Below are positions 1 through 12,545 of a stretch of 64,000 nt of DNA, piece by piece. The stretch is from Mobula hypostoma. Its lineage: Eukaryota. The stretch covers positions 20,274,001-20,338,000 of the forward strand of contig NC_086106.1 of assembly GCF_963921235.1 (NCBI RefSeq). The letters run 5' to 3'. Each line of letters starts with the position of its first letter. Position 1 is the first letter of the stretch. The position numbers and the translations under genes were made by a program. Below the pieces are notes generated by a model. The model was given only the letters and a program-made list of their open reading frames with translations, did no database searches and was not told the DNA's origin.

Positions 1-396
1 CTTTGGTCAGTTTGACCCCTCCTCCATATATCAGTGAACTTGCTGTTCCCGCATTCTCCCCCCCCCCCCACCATCAGTGAATCCCGTCGAAAAGGGAAGC
101 ACAATCAACTCTTGCACAGCGAAGCAAACAGTTTATCTTAATTTCCCCTCTGACCTGCCCCAAGTCCACTTCAGAATATTTCCTCCGTTTGTTCGCCACC
201 CCACTCTTTTCATTCCCAACACAGGATTGTCTCCTCTCCGGATTATAACTGGACATCTTCTGCCAATACTATTTGCGGCACATTAAAGTCTATGCTTTAA
301 GAAGGCTTCTGCATATATAAATTGGAATGGGGCCCGTTCTCGTGTCCAGATCAAAAACTGTAACAGATAGAACAGAATTCTGTCGGAAACACTTAC

Positions 397-456
397 TTGG
401 AGTCACTGTTAATCTCGTCCCTGACCCGAATATTAGCTTCTGATTGCCAGCATCCA
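397..456 (-). CDS. TRAJ: TRAJ segment, intact: DAGNQKLIFGSGTRLTVTP
   Basis: Donor GTAAGT 391-396; heptamer CACAGTG 457-463; 12-nt spacer; nonamer ACAAAAACA 476-484. Confidence 0.95.
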
Positions 457-1325
457 CACAGTGCTAATCCTTGATACAAAAACACCACGTTTATTTTGAT
501 CCTGGAACTGACATCTTAGTTCTTTTCAATTTGATTTCCCACCTACTTTTCGTATGCAATAACCGATTTCTCTCGAAGATAATCACTATCAGCTCAATGT
601 TCTGCGCTTCAATCATTTTAGTACAGCTGAACAAACTGCGTTCTTTAATCTCGCGGCTCTGCAGTATTGACTTCACAGAAATAATCAAAGGAAATAAGGA
701 TTTTCTTGCAGTTTTTGTGATTAAATGCAGAACATCCTTTACTTTTCAGATACATATATTATTCCTTGAACGTGATCAGATAGATACATATGAATCATTG
801 TATATGAGGTATTTTGACATTAGATTATACGCCGGACGCTTAAACAAAAACACACAGCTGTTAATTAAATATTAAAAGACTGCTGCTACTCCAAGAGTAA
901 AGAGGCACTATTTCTAGATGTTATATTTCATGCAAGGAGCCGAATAACTTCTTGCTGGCGCTGACTGCCTCGAGTGACTTGTTGCAAAACAGACAATATT
1001 GTACACATATTGCAGGCCAGATTCACAGAGCCGTACATCACGGAAAGATGGCCCTTCAGCCAAGTGAATCAGTCAACAACTCATTTACACAAATCCTGCA
1101 GGTATTCCATTCTACCATTCTATTCTCCCTACATTCCCATCATCTTCCTCAAATCTTCACCTACACCTCTATGCACCCATTTTCGGCATCTGTGGTTCAT
1201 TTATTTTTTGCTGCTGACTATTATACTTTGTCTACATTTCCACAAGATTTTTGAAACACTGGGAACAAGATCTCACCTTTGTCACCAGGGCAATAAGATT
1301 TGCAAATTCTGCTTAATATACTTAC

Positions 1326-1391
1326 TGGGTGTCACGGTTAACTTGGTTCCCTGGCCGAATATTAATTTTCCATATCCTGAACCTTCATTCA
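1326..1391 (-). CDS. TRAJ: TRAJ segment, intact: NEGSGYGKLIFGQGTKLTVTP
   Basis: Donor 1320-1325; CACAGTG 1392-1398; 12-nt spacer; ACAAAAACA 1411-1419. Confidence 0.95.
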
Positions 1392-2388
1392 CACAGTGCC
1401 AACTACAGTTACAAAAACACCGTGTGGTTAAAAGTAATTGTATTCTTTCTAATGGTATCATTCTACTGACTTCAGATATCCTTGAGTTATTATGCCTGCT
1501 TGTCATTGTGCTGCTCTCAATGTTACTTATGTAAGGCTTATCAATCACGTTGTAAAGTACAAGATTTCCTTGTCAAAAGGGTTCTATGCCTGAATTCCTG
1601 ATTAACGAATTGCTACGATTGTTAAAATGGAGCATCAGTGGAATAATATTAAACCCGCTCTGCAATCATTTTACTCATTTTCTCTCTTGAGGTCATCATG
1701 TTGCTATTTCTTTTTCGATCGGTCTTTCTTTCGTTTCTATTCTTGGATTGTACGGAGATATTTTTAATTTGTACAAACTGTATTCTAAAATGCACCTGAG
1801 GCTCATGTTGGATGAATGTGAAACATAATTAAAACGATACAGGGAGAAAGAAAAGAAAGCGAGTGAAATCTTGATAAGCCTGCAGTTTGATTCAGAAGAG
1901 AGCAAAGACCAAGAGACAGGAGCCCATCCACCTAAACGACGCAAATTAAAGGCTCCTCGTACCCATTCCAATAATCTACAGGTTAAGTAGAGCCAGGTGT
2001 TCATTAAATATTTAACATATCACTGAACTTTTCTCTGTATCGGCCTCGTAGAGCGAGGAATGGAGTGTCTGCATTTGGACTTTAGCACCAGATACGCCCA
2101 ATATTACTTGATTGGGGCACAGGATCTCCACGCCAATATATCTTTTTATAAACTAAGATTTCTTATTCTCTGAATTATTTCAGGTTAAGAATAGGTGCGT
2201 GTTTTCTAACGAAGCCAAAATTTAAGCAGCTTCACCAGGACCATCGGCAGAAGCTGCCTTACCTGCTGACTGTTTAGATCATATACTATATAATTTTTCT
2301 TCAATATTTAGTTTCTTTGTGAAAATTCAGTTGCAAATTCAATACTAGAACAACAAAGTCCTGATTTGGTCATGCAGAGAGAACTCAC

Positions 2389-2448
2389 TCGGTTTCACAG
2401 TTAACCTGGTTCCACGTCCGAATATTATCTTGTCATAATTATAACTCA
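2389..2448 (-). CDS. TRAJ: TRAJ segment, intact: SYNYDKIIFGRGTRLTVKP
   Basis: Donor GTGAGT 2383-2388; CACAGTG 2449-2455; 12-nt spacer; weaker nonamer ACTAAAAAT 2468-2476. Confidence 0.92.
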
Positions 2449-2939
2449 CACAGTGCAAATCAGCGGTACTAAAAATTGGAGTATCTTTGGATACGGGAAG
2501 GACTTCTCTTTTCTCTAGTCTTTCAGGTTTACTTTTCAGATGGAATATTCTCTTTCATGGGAGCGAAATATTTCTCGATCAGTTTATTAGATGAGCAGAT
2601 CACCTAGCCATATTTCCTTGATGTGATTTACAACTAAAGACGGGCGGGGAGTAGGGGTGTCCGTTCCTAATAGTAATTCGCTGAAGCTCAAATTCTTGCT
2701 CAAGTATTGATGCTTTTGAGCTCGAAGTGCCAATTCTACACGGGGAACGATTTTTAGCAACAATTAAGATACATTCTCTTCAAGAACAGTTGTAAGAATG
2801 AAGAGAAATTGACCATGCATATTGCGAACAGATGTAGACCACTCGTAGCAATCAGGTCATAGATTCAAAAATATCATGGATGATCTAATTAATATTTCAG
2901 CTACGTATTCTCTTCGACCCTCAGCGACCTTCTCGCCGA

Positions 2940-2964
2940 GATAGATAGATGGATAGATAGATAA

Positions 2965-3005
<41 letters not shown>
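2940..3005. repeat. (GATA)n then (GA)n microsatellite
   Basis: Directly visible simple repeats. Confidence 0.95.
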
Positions 3006-3007
<2 letters not shown>

Positions 3008-3496
3008 CTAAATTGACCAAGAAGAGTCGATCTCTGGACCCGAAAGGTCTACTATTCATTTCCCTCTGTACATTTTGTCTGATCTGCTGAGCTGTTCCAA
3101 CATTTTCTCCTGTGTTGCTCATCAGTAAGATTGCCCCTGCCAAACAACAATCGATTTATTGCATCCTACACGATACCCATTACAGTCACAAAATCCTTAC
3201 CAACAAACTTCCCTCCGCTATTACCTTCCCCGACCAATCAACTCTATCGTTATTGTATTCAGTGAACCTGCAATGGAACGTCCGATTCTAACATTATTCC
3301 TTTCACTTCTCTACTACTGCATTTCTACGGACAACTGCACATTAGAGTCCCTTAGAAAATAACTTAGAGTTTCCATTTATCATTCACCACCCCCGGAAAA
3401 CAATTGACTACTTTGGTTAATAATTTCAGGAAACAAACAATTAATTGCTTCGTTTTGTCTCTGACATTATCTGGAATAGCCATTTCAGTCACTTAC

Positions 3497-3556
3497 TTGG
3501 CATCACGGTTAGCTTTGTTCCCGCAGCGAATATTAGCCTGTCATTACCCACATTCA
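3497..3556 (-). CDS. TRAJ: TRAJ segment, open frame with non-canonical FAAG: NVGNDRLIFAAGTKLTVMP
   Basis: Donor 3491-3496; heptamer CACAGCC 3557-3563; 12-nt spacer; ATAAAAACT 3576-3584. Confidence 0.88.
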
Positions 3557-4410
3557 CACAGCCCCTATCACCGATATAAAAACTAACCTCGGATAATCAG
3601 ACAGCGAAGCATTAAAAGCTAGTCTCTAAGTCTGTTACTTTCATCGACTTTAACGTATGACGATCTTAATCATGTTCTCTTTCAAAATAATTCGCAGCAT
3701 TTGATCCCGTGTGCTGTGTGGAGATTGCACTTTTTCCCAGTAATCGCGAAGGCTTCCCTCACTGGCGCTGGTTTCCTCCTACTTTTTAAAGGAGTGCTTG
3801 GAGGTTATCTGGCGACTGCAAACGGGGGTTTATGGGCATTCAACAGACAGGGAAGTCAAAAATGGAATAGGACTGATGTGACTGTTTTTCCATGAACTGG
3901 TACGCACATGATGGGCTGAGTTGCATTTTTTAGTATCATGACAGACATATGAAAAGTAAGCTATACACCACTGGCGAATGAAGAGTTATTGCTCAGTAAT
4001 AATGACGAATGAGGAAAAATATTCACAGTCTGTTACTATCTGACGTGGCATCAACCTGAAGAGGCTTATTTTTGACAATAATTAGTTTGAATCTAAGATC
4101 CAGTATTTGAAGAGGATATTCAGAATAATGTTAATTACCAGCTTCTCCTGTGATTTTTCCAAGTGCTGCTCTGTAAAATGTTATTGCTTTTTTTAAAAAA
4201 AATAGAATTAATAGAAGGCACATTCTAAATTACAAATGAATTATATGCGGTATGTACAGAATATAGCCATGTTTGCCAATCAGTAGTCATTTTAATTCAA
4301 GGTAGCTGCTGTATCAATTTATCGAAAAATTTTGTTTATAGATTAAGGAATATGCTACTGTATGACAAGGCACTTAATTACTGAATATTTTAGCAGACTT
4401 TCTTACTTAC

Positions 4411-4473
4411 TGGGTTTTACCGTAAGTCTGGTTCCACTCCCAAACTCCAATATATTAGCAACTCCTTGATTCA
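4411..4473 (-). CDS. TRAJ: TRAJ segment, intact: NQGVANILEFGSGTRLTVKP
   Basis: Donor 4405-4410; CACAACC 4474-4480; 12-nt spacer; perfect nonamer ACAAAAACC 4493-4501. Confidence 0.92.
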
Positions 4474-4822
4474 CACAACCGTTAACACCATCACAAAAAC
4501 CTCTGTGGTCATATTCAATCACCTCTTCACTACTTCATCCGTTCCAACTGAATGACTTCCACCAATTTGTTTCGTTGATTTTCTAATGCCTGAGATGTCA
4601 TCGATGTGAAAAAAGACGAAAGGCATTGAAAATGCTTTTAAATGTGAAATATAGGGTTCTTCCTATTTTAACATCGTTCATTCTTATAAAACTATTTTTT
4701 TCCGCGAATTCCTTTCTGAATATTCCTTATTTTGTTTTCTTTGTGAATTGAAAAGAAAGAACCCATCACCAGATCTGCCAGTCAGCACCATGTTTGAGAA
4801 TAAGTGAAGAAATCCCACTTAC

Positions 4823-5588
4823 TGGATGTCACTGTGAGATTATGAACCTTCTCTAAGGACACCAATCATTACAGAGGGACCAGAAAATGGACAGAGTGAA
4901 CAATTCCAAGCCATTGGGTATCAAATCTCCGAGGAACTATCCAGGACCTAGCATGTCGGTGCAGCTACAAAGAAGGATAGACAGCGTTTGGCGTTTGAGG
5001 AGATTTTATATGTCATACTATGATACTCGTAAATTTCTACCATGGAAGGCATAATAACTGGCTGCATCACCGTCTGGTACGGCGGGGTGGAGGGCACCCA
5101 ATGCAAAGGATCGAAATAAGCTGCAGAGAGTTGTATTCTTAGCTCCATCATGAGCACTATCATCCATTGTATCCAAGACATCTTCAAGGAGCGATGTCTC
5201 AAAAGGAGGCATCCATCATTAAGGGCCCAAGGATATTCACTGTTATTGCTTTCATCAGGAAAGAGGGACAAGAGCCTGAAGGCACACACTCATCGATTCA
5301 GACACAGTTTGTTCCCCTCTGCTATCGATTGTTGAATGGACATTGAATCCATGAACACTACCTCACTACATTTTAATTTTTTTTTTGCACTACTTATTTA
5401 ATTTAACCATTTAATAAATATACTCATTGTAATTCATAGTTTCTTTCTCTAATATTATGTATTGCATTGTACTGCTGCTGCAAAGTCAACAGATGTCATT
5501 ACATATGCCGGTGATATTAAACCTGATTCTGATTCTGATTCTCAGTTCCCGTGTCCAAGGTTAGCCTGAAATCATCAGAACCCACCCA
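4823..5588 (-). pseudogene. TRAJ: Pseudo-TRAJ split by a LINE: WVGSDDFRLTLDTGTE / LTVTS
   Basis: 3' half (LTVTS, donor GTAAGT 4817-4822) at 4823-4838; 5' half at 5541-5588; heptamer GACAGTA 5589-5595 (CAC lost), 12-nt spacer, GCAAAAACA 5608-5616; FG replaced by LD. Confidence 0.8.
4839..5540 (+). mobile_element. 5'-truncated Rex1/Babar-type LINE 3' end
   Basis: Frameshifted remnant of the Rex-Babar C-terminal motif (..EGIITGCITVWYG..RNKLQRVV..); ends in AAACCTGATTCTGATTCTGATT tail. Confidence 0.75.
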
Positions 5589-6092
5589 GACAGTAACTGT
5601 CACTGATGCAAAAACACCCTGGGACAATTTGTTATGCAGAAGAGCGTTCAGACTCTAGTATAAAACCGTCTACTTGTATGACAAAGTTCTCTTCGAATTG
5701 TTGAGGTTCGCTCCATGACCTTATAATAGCGCTGCCAAATGAGAGTTTTTGCAACCTCACTAAACAGAGCGAGCTGCAACTCAACAAAGAAGAAAGATAA
5801 TGGACATCAGTAAAGATAGTTATTTATATAAAAATAAAGCGAATTTAGACATTGGCATTTCACATCTGAAGTGTTTCAAGGAGAAATGCGTTTTTGGCCG
5901 AAACTCTTCAGAATCAAAATAACCTATTTCGGTTACAAATGAACACTGACGTATTATGCACACAGTTCTATCTTCCTTTTCCAAATACGAAATTGCTCTC
6001 CCCGTTGGACACTAAGTAGCTCCACCTTATTGAAATGCAATGGAACTACAGAATGGTGGTCATTAAATTTATTAATACGTTGTTTTACTTAC

Positions 6093-6155
6093 TGGGTTCT
6101 GTGGTCAGTCTGGTCCCTCTTCCAAATATCATTAGATTCACACCACTTAAACTCA
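6093..6155 (-). CDS. TRAJ: TRAJ segment, intact: SLSGVNLMIFGRGTRLTTEP
   Basis: Donor 6087-6092; CACAATG 6156-6162; 12-nt spacer; ACAGGAACC 6175-6183. Confidence 0.92.
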
Positions 6156-6895
6156 CACAATGCATAACATCCTCACAGGAACCTTCCCAGCGGTCGCCTA
6201 CTCAGTGATTACATCTTACTGTAAGCATGCTGTCTCTAGCGTCCTTTGTCCTGAGTCGTTAGATTATTAGCTACTTTGGACGAGAATTCTTGCCAGATTA
6301 AGCGGTTTGCATTGTCTTTGATAGTGAAAATTAAACCTCCCCCCCCCCAGAGGAATTTTCAAAGTTTCCACAGGATGAAACCTCATTCGTCTGAGCCTCA
6401 AATTGTCAATCTGCTTGATGTCTCCTCAGGAATAGCCACATCTCTTCCCAGTCCTCAAAATAACCAAATGCCGCCCCCCAGCCCAGAAATAAATCTGGAC
6501 AACGGTTGTATAACCTTCCGCTATCTTTAGTAATCTCTTCTTCAATTAGGAAGGCTTTTCTGCAAAGAGCATTTAAGGCACCGTCTGATCAGGACCCAAT
6601 ATGATTGTAGTAGGGTACATTTACTTTACAATTGGGTTTCGCTTGTAATATAGTTTACTTTACTTGGTTTACCTCTCTTGTGCATTGCTATTCATTTTAC
6701 AAATCTCCCTCTAAATATTAACTGCTTCCACAACTAATAGCAACATTTATCTTTATTCTATTTAAATCGGATGAAGTCGCATTTCTCCCATATGTACCAT
6801 CTCCTAAACCATTCTCCTAGAGATTGCATATCCCATTCAAGTGCACCCGCAGCACTATACCAATCCAGAAAAAAGCATTACGAAGAAGCACTCAC

Positions 6896-6955
6896 TGATT
6901 GTCACGATTAACTTCGTCCCAGGGCCGAATGTTAACCTATTATCACCAGCATACA
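6896..6955 (-). CDS. TRAJ: TRAJ segment, intact: YAGDNRLTFGPGTKLIVTI
   Basis: Donor GTGAGT 6890-6895; CACAGTA 6956-6962; 12-nt spacer; GCAAAAACG 6975-6983. Confidence 0.93.
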
Positions 6956-7494
6956 CACAGTATTAATGAACAGTGCAAAAACGTCCGAGAACATCAGTAT
7001 CGTTCTATGTACTTGCATTCCTTTCCATGTAATGTGTATATTAATCCTGCTTTACCTTCCATACAATGTATAATCCTTTCAGTAAATTTCCAATTGCACA
7101 GATTATGCTTCCATATTTATATAAAACAATGATTTTGCATGCTCTTTTGATCCTCACATAAATCAAATCTACGCTAAAATTGAAAACCCCGCAGTTTATG
7201 GGATCATTTATTAACTCTTTATTTAAAGGGGAATCGGTTTGTAATCAGTTCAGACAGTTCACCGATATAATGCTTTCAGGGGGTTTAGTGTTTATCAAAA
7301 ATATGGCTTAGACTTATCAGACTGCCTCCTGGATGCAGTTGCGAACCTGACGCATCATTTGCTCAGACACCCAGAGGCAGTGCTAATATTGGCAACATTT
7401 TAGACAAAAGATTTTTTTTGCATAAGTTATTTGTTTATATCTTATCTTTAAGATTGTTCTTGATCATGGCAAGAAACAGAGTGTGGTCACTTAC

Positions 7495-7555
7495 TGGCCT
7501 CGACACTGCACTGCACTCACACCCGACTAAATGGAGCCGTTCAGTAATAATGAAC
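7495..7555 (-). pseudogene. Possible heavily decayed J remnant (not counted among the 32)
   Basis: Perfect donor GTAAGT 7489-7494 preceded by ..GTC GAG GCC A (V-E-A) and TTT AGT CGG; in-frame stop; no recognisable RSS. Confidence 0.3.
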
Positions 7556-8015
7556 ATTTCATAAAGAGAGGTTAATATCCGAAGCACCTTGAGCGGAACT
7601 CGTCTTTTAAGACTATTGATGGACTACCTATGGCAATATTGAGAGATGCACTACTTACATGGCGTGTTCGACTTAAAACACTACTCTACTTCTCTGTCCA
7701 TTGACGCCGTTGACTTGCCAATTTTGTAGTTATACTTCAAATTTCTATCATTTGTTGTTCCCTTTTAACCGATAGTTAGAATCACACCGATTTCTCGCCC
7801 TTCTGCAATTTATATCCGCTTTATCCTTTAAACGGGATAACAATTACCTTGCTACCATTAAAGTACGAGGTATTATATCGGATATACTATATATCTTTCC
7901 TTACTCGCCGAGATATTCTCCAAACACAGAATAATGTCAGTGTGGTGATATGTTACTAAACCATACATTCTTCTTGAGGAACTGACTGTAACTAACAACA
8001 CCTGGTACTACTTAC

Positions 8016-8078
8016 TGGGCTCGACGGTCAGCTTCGTCCCACCTCCGAATATCAGAGGAGTTGCTGCTCCTCCATACA
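8016..8078 (-). CDS. TRAJ: TRAJ segment, intact: YGGAATPLIFGGGTKLTVEP
   Basis: Donor 8010-8015; CACAACG 8079-8085; 12-nt spacer; ACAAAAACC 8098-8106. Confidence 0.94.
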
Positions 8079-8736
8079 CACAACGCGTGAGCCTGTCACA
8101 AAAACCCCCCGACTGAACACTTATTCGTTCAGTTCTCTGGTCCAGTTACAGGGCAATAGAATAATGGAAATAAAATAACTCCGATTCCTATTCTTCGTGT
8201 ACATTCTCCTGTTCACCCTTTTCATCTCCCTGATCCATTATTGGGGTGCTGGGGGCAAATAACTCGCGTTGCCTTGTGTAATAGAGTACATTCTTCATCT
8301 AAACGTCCTATTACACTCCATTGCATTTAATTATCAAAAAAACTGTATAAAATTGACTTAATTCAATTTTCATATTAACATGACATAGGATGCCATTTGT
8401 CTCATTTAGTCTATTCTGAACATTCCCTAAGTTCCATGTCTCCACTTATTTCCATGTAAACTATTCTTTCTCATATTCTGTCATCCACATATGCTGTGGC
8501 AGTTTACAGTGGACACTGAACCTTTCATCACGCACGTTTAGATGAAAATACGTGACACGCAGTCATTCAGACGAGGGGAAATATAAACAGAGCTTCTTCG
8601 TATAAACCAGATTTAGCGACGAACAACTATTTTTTTTTTCTAATCATAGGAGCCTCTGGGTTAGGTCAGTTTAAAAGACGCTAATAATCAATTTTTCAAC
8701 TTATTTTGTTTACGAAATAAGAATAGTAGAACTTCG

Positions 8737-8800
8737 TGAGTTCTACAATTAGTCGGATTTCACTCCCGAATGTTAGCTTGTTGGTGCTTCCATTAATCCA
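8737..8800 (-). pseudogene. TRAJ: Pseudo-TRAJ, dead splice donor: WINGSTNKLTFGSEIRLIVEL
   Basis: Donor reads CGAAGT (8731-8736); FGSE motif; CACAATG 8801-8807, 12-nt spacer, poor nonamer GCAAAGGTT. Confidence 0.85.
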
Positions 8801-9039
8801 CACAATGCCTGAGACCCTTGCAAAGGTTACTAAAATTTTAGTCTTTTTCAGAAAAAGCGTAATGTTTCTGCTACGTAATTTATAATTTACCACTCCAAGT
8901 TAACATTTATGATCCATAAATCATTTCACCATGGAACAGCCTCTCTAACTTCGTTAAACACGAGCGCCTGAAATCTTAGTGATTTGCACAACAATTGGTT
9001 ATATTTTACTCGTTATATATTTTTGGTTATATATTTCTT

Positions 9040-9350
9040 AGGTTCTAGGGGAAGGTCATTGGCTGTATCAAGCCCATTCAGGTACTTGGAACATACCACA
9101 AATCATCCTCTCCTTCCTATATTCCTCGAAGACGTGGAATATAAACTCTTTTCGTTCTAACTCTCCTGGAACCCACCCGCATTGAAGAAAATTTGAAGCA
9201 GCAAATGCACTTCTGAACCAGCACGACTTTGGGAAGTGGGAGGAAAACGGAGCACCCTGGTAAAGTCATTCCTCCACCAGAACCTTGAAAACCCAAACGG
9301 CTAGCACTGGAGATCAGAATGGAAAGCAGGTCACGGGAGCTATGCGGCAA
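9040..9350 (-). mobile_element. V-SINE/HE1-like SINE, decayed
   Basis: GTGGGAGGAAAACGGAGCACCC-type V-domain core; boundaries approximate. Confidence 0.55.
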
Positions 9351-9422
9351 CTGTGTGGAGACGAATACACAAACTCAAACCGAGCGCAAGGAAATTTAAG
9401 AATCATGGTCTGAAGTACTCAC

Positions 9423-9482
9423 TCGGTGTCACGGTTAACTTAACTCCTGAGCCAAATGTTAGCCAAAACTGTCCTAATACTT
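9423..9482 (-). pseudogene. TRAJ: TRAJ with open frame but degenerate RSS: VLGQFWLTFGSGVKLTVTP
   Basis: Donor GTGAGT 9417-9422; best RSS TACAGAA (9483-9489) / 12 / TTTAAAACT lacks the essential CAC. Confidence 0.8.
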
Positions 9483-10013
9483 TACAGAACAGTGAGAAAT
9501 ATTTAAAACTAGACTGCATTGCACACGCCTATAAGATTTTATCATACTATTTTGTATTTTAGAGGGATTATTCTTGTGTATTGCATTCACCCGTTAGCTG
9601 GCTTACTTCTTGTGTTCTGAGACGCCACATTTAAATAACAGAATATATTGGAAAAACACACTCTATTAAAATCTAACTTCGTGACATAACCGTCTCCGGT
9701 CATTTGCTGTCTCATAGCCTTCTGATGCCTAATTAAGGTAGCCAAAAATTACATTTTAATAACTTCCATCAACGTTCTGTACCTCATTGACCTTCTCCTG
9801 ATACAGTCTGAACATATCGTTTCATTTCATTGAATGTTTAGCATACTTCTTCGGACGAGCATTATTTAGTTTTATATTTGCATATATGTGCTAAAACATA
9901 GCTTCTATACAGTACACCATTCATTCCTTCAGAACATTTTTTTCCTCTGAAGATGTGCTACAAATTCGTGATGTTGCCAAGGACACAGCGAAATAGGGGT
10001 TTGAAGCACTTAC

Positions 10014-10079
10014 CAGGTAGCACCCTTAACTTGGTTCCTGATCCAAAGATCAGCCCACTTATGGATCCACCAGCATTCA
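10014..10079 (-). CDS. TRAJ: TRAJ segment, intact: NAGGSISGLIFGSGTKLRVLP
   Basis: Donor 10008-10013; CACAATG 10080-10086; 12-nt spacer; TCAAAAAAC 10099-10107. Confidence 0.92.
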
Positions 10080-11094
10080 CACAATGATACTCACCAACTC
10101 AAAAAACAATGGAGCTCTTTTGATGTCTATAAAGACAGACTACTCATAAAATTCTTGGAATTTTAAATAAAATACTTGCAGATTCTGGAAATCTACAACT
10201 AAATATGTTATCCTGTAAAAACACAGCAGATCAAGCAGAATCAGTGGAAAGATAAACAGGACGAATACTGTTTCTCTTTAGCAGAATCATAGTGTTAGAC
10301 AGCATGAAAACCGGGTATTGGGGCCAAATCATCTATGGCAACCAAGTTGTCAACGTTAGCTAGTCCCATTTTCCTTCATTTTTTCCATATCTCTCTACCT
10401 TCCATATCCATGTATTGAACTCTAATGCCCGTTGATTCTGGCGATTGCCCTGCCTCTACAGTTTTCTCTCGCAGCTCATTCCATATACACACCGCTCTCC
10501 GCGTGAAACTTTGCCTCTCCATATCAAATCTTGAGTTGACTTCACGATAACGATTCCTATCTGGATTATATGATTATCTGAATCGTTCATTCAACACATT
10601 TTTCAAATTACATTAATCTTAACAGACTCATCTTCCCGCAGAAGTCAGACTCGAGAACTTAGCGTCCTTCAGCTATAATGAACAGAATTGTTACACATTT
10701 ACTTTTAAAGGCTATGGTTTATGTGATGGCCTCTGTATCTGAAGAGCCTTACGAAAACGTACATTTTATCTGTCCTCAATCACTTCCCTCGAATAATCGA
10801 TGCAATTCTAAAGCACCGTTCTTTGTCTGCACACACTTAATTGCTTCCGCCCCCTTATTGTTCCTATGGTGAGATTCAACGAATTTTGTTGAGAATTAGC
10901 AAACGAAGAGAGGTAACAAGATATATATTAACACTTTTTTTTGGTTACACGTCTGGGTGGTATACCGATAGGGAAATGCTGTTTCACAGATATACCTCTT
11001 TAATAATATTTCACTGAACCATATATTTCTGCCTTCAATTAGAGTGACTGGCTGTGGATGGCGATTCTATTTATTCGCATGTTATCTTACTTAC

Positions 11095-11157
11095 TTGGTT
11101 CTATGGTCAGCCTGGTCCCACTTCCAAATATCAGAGGGGTACCTCCTCCAGTATTCA
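11095..11157 (-). CDS. TRAJ: TRAJ segment, intact: NTGGGTPLIFGSGTRLTIEP
   Basis: Donor 11089-11094; CACAACG 11158-11164; 12-nt spacer; ACAAAAACC 11177-11185. Confidence 0.94.
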
Positions 11158-11748
11158 CACAACGCCTGACTCCTTCACAAAAACCTCCCCAGTCTCCTCA
11201 TTAACAGTTTTTGCTGCTTCCTGTCCCAGAAAGGGCACTTCTTCCACCAAAAAATGCCACGAAGGCAACGAATAAGTGACTCTGTTCAAACTATTCTGTT
11301 GAACAACTGTATCCCTTGAGTAAACTGATTATTTTAATCGCAGAAGATTAATATGTGGCCATGTCAAGTTAAATGGAAGCTTTTCCTTAAGTAACTTCAC
11401 ATCTCGACACACTGCAATCTCAGAGAATTTTCCTGCTTATGCTTCAAGGGGGATCTATCACCAACCTTTCGCTGATTGCCCAATTCTGACCCCATTTCCA
11501 GGGATGGACATTTCATTGCTAACAGCAACGACGTTAACTAATTTCGCTATTATGTCCACTGGGACTTACTGTGCGTGTTTTACACTGTAGGTTAACGATA
11601 TATTTTTTTGTGTTATATTACAATTTAACGGCAGACATTCGCCTCTCTAATTAATGCTGGCTCTTTTCGTGCATCATTTACGTTTTTCGATCACCTGGAG
11701 TGGACGTTTAGAAATTAGATACCAGTAATCACCATCTGAAAAACTTAC

Positions 11749-11814
11749 TAGGTGTAATGGTTAACATCGTTCTTCAGCCGAATGATAGCATATTGACGTT
11801 TGTATGAGTACCCG
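11749..11814 (-). pseudogene. TRAJ: Pseudo-TRAJ with in-frame stop: GTHTNVNMLSFG*RTMLTITP
   Basis: Donor 11743-11748; TTC GGC TGA AGA; CACCGCA 11815-11821, 12-nt spacer, ACAAAACAT 11834-11842. Confidence 0.85.
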
Positions 11815-12485
11815 CACCGCAATAGCCAGCAGTACAAAACATCTAGAGACTATGTGCGTTTATTTAGGGCCTCACTAATGTGATATTCATGGATGTTTCT
11901 ATTTGATATGTCTTGTATTGTCGACAACATAACGAAAATTTCCTGGATCGTATAGTTATATGGACCGATTATTTTACTGTTTCCATATCATATTCATTTT
12001 GTTTAACTTCACTGTACGTAACTCACCGTTGAAGAGTTGTTGAGGTTCAGTTATGAATAGCGAACATTCAGCCTGGCAACCACTTGAATAACATTGCAAG
12101 TTTTGAAAATATCTATTCTGATTTCATAAAGTCTCAAGATGGCACTCTCCACAAATTTTGTCAATAAACTCGACATCTCTGTAACCAGTGAAGTGAATCC
12201 TCGCTACGCTCCCCTGTGAATTAATTCCCATTTTGGGCACTATTAACAGGAAAAAAAAGCTAACTCTCAGAATAACACGACGGCTGCTTTCTGACTAAAA
12301 GAAATACCGAGTGCGGACAGCATATCCTTCATTCACAGGCCCGGAAGTTATTTCAAGGCTGACTATTTATTAATCGTATTTATATACTTCATTTGGTGTT
12401 TGTAATATTTCACATCCAGTTCTAGTTACCTCCTGAGCAATGGGCTTGGCACTGAATGGATTCATCAGCATAATCTCTTTTTTGC

Positions 12486-12545
12486 TCGGGATGATGTTCA
12501 ATTGGGCTCCCTTTTCAAATATCGGTGGAGTTTCTCCTGTATATA
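12486..12545 (-). pseudogene. TRAJ: Pseudo-TRAJ: YTGETPPIFEKGAQLNIIP
   Basis: FEKG motif; donor decayed to GCAAAA; heptamer CAAAACG 12546-12552, 12-nt spacer, TCAAAATCC 12565-12573. Confidence 0.72.

Noticed and set aside
905-992. KKLFGS-like stretch as a J remnant
   Set aside because: No usable donor or heptamer, and a stop follows.
2065-2156. NQVILGVSGAKVQ-like stretch as a J remnant
   Set aside because: No donor; only a weak RSS match.
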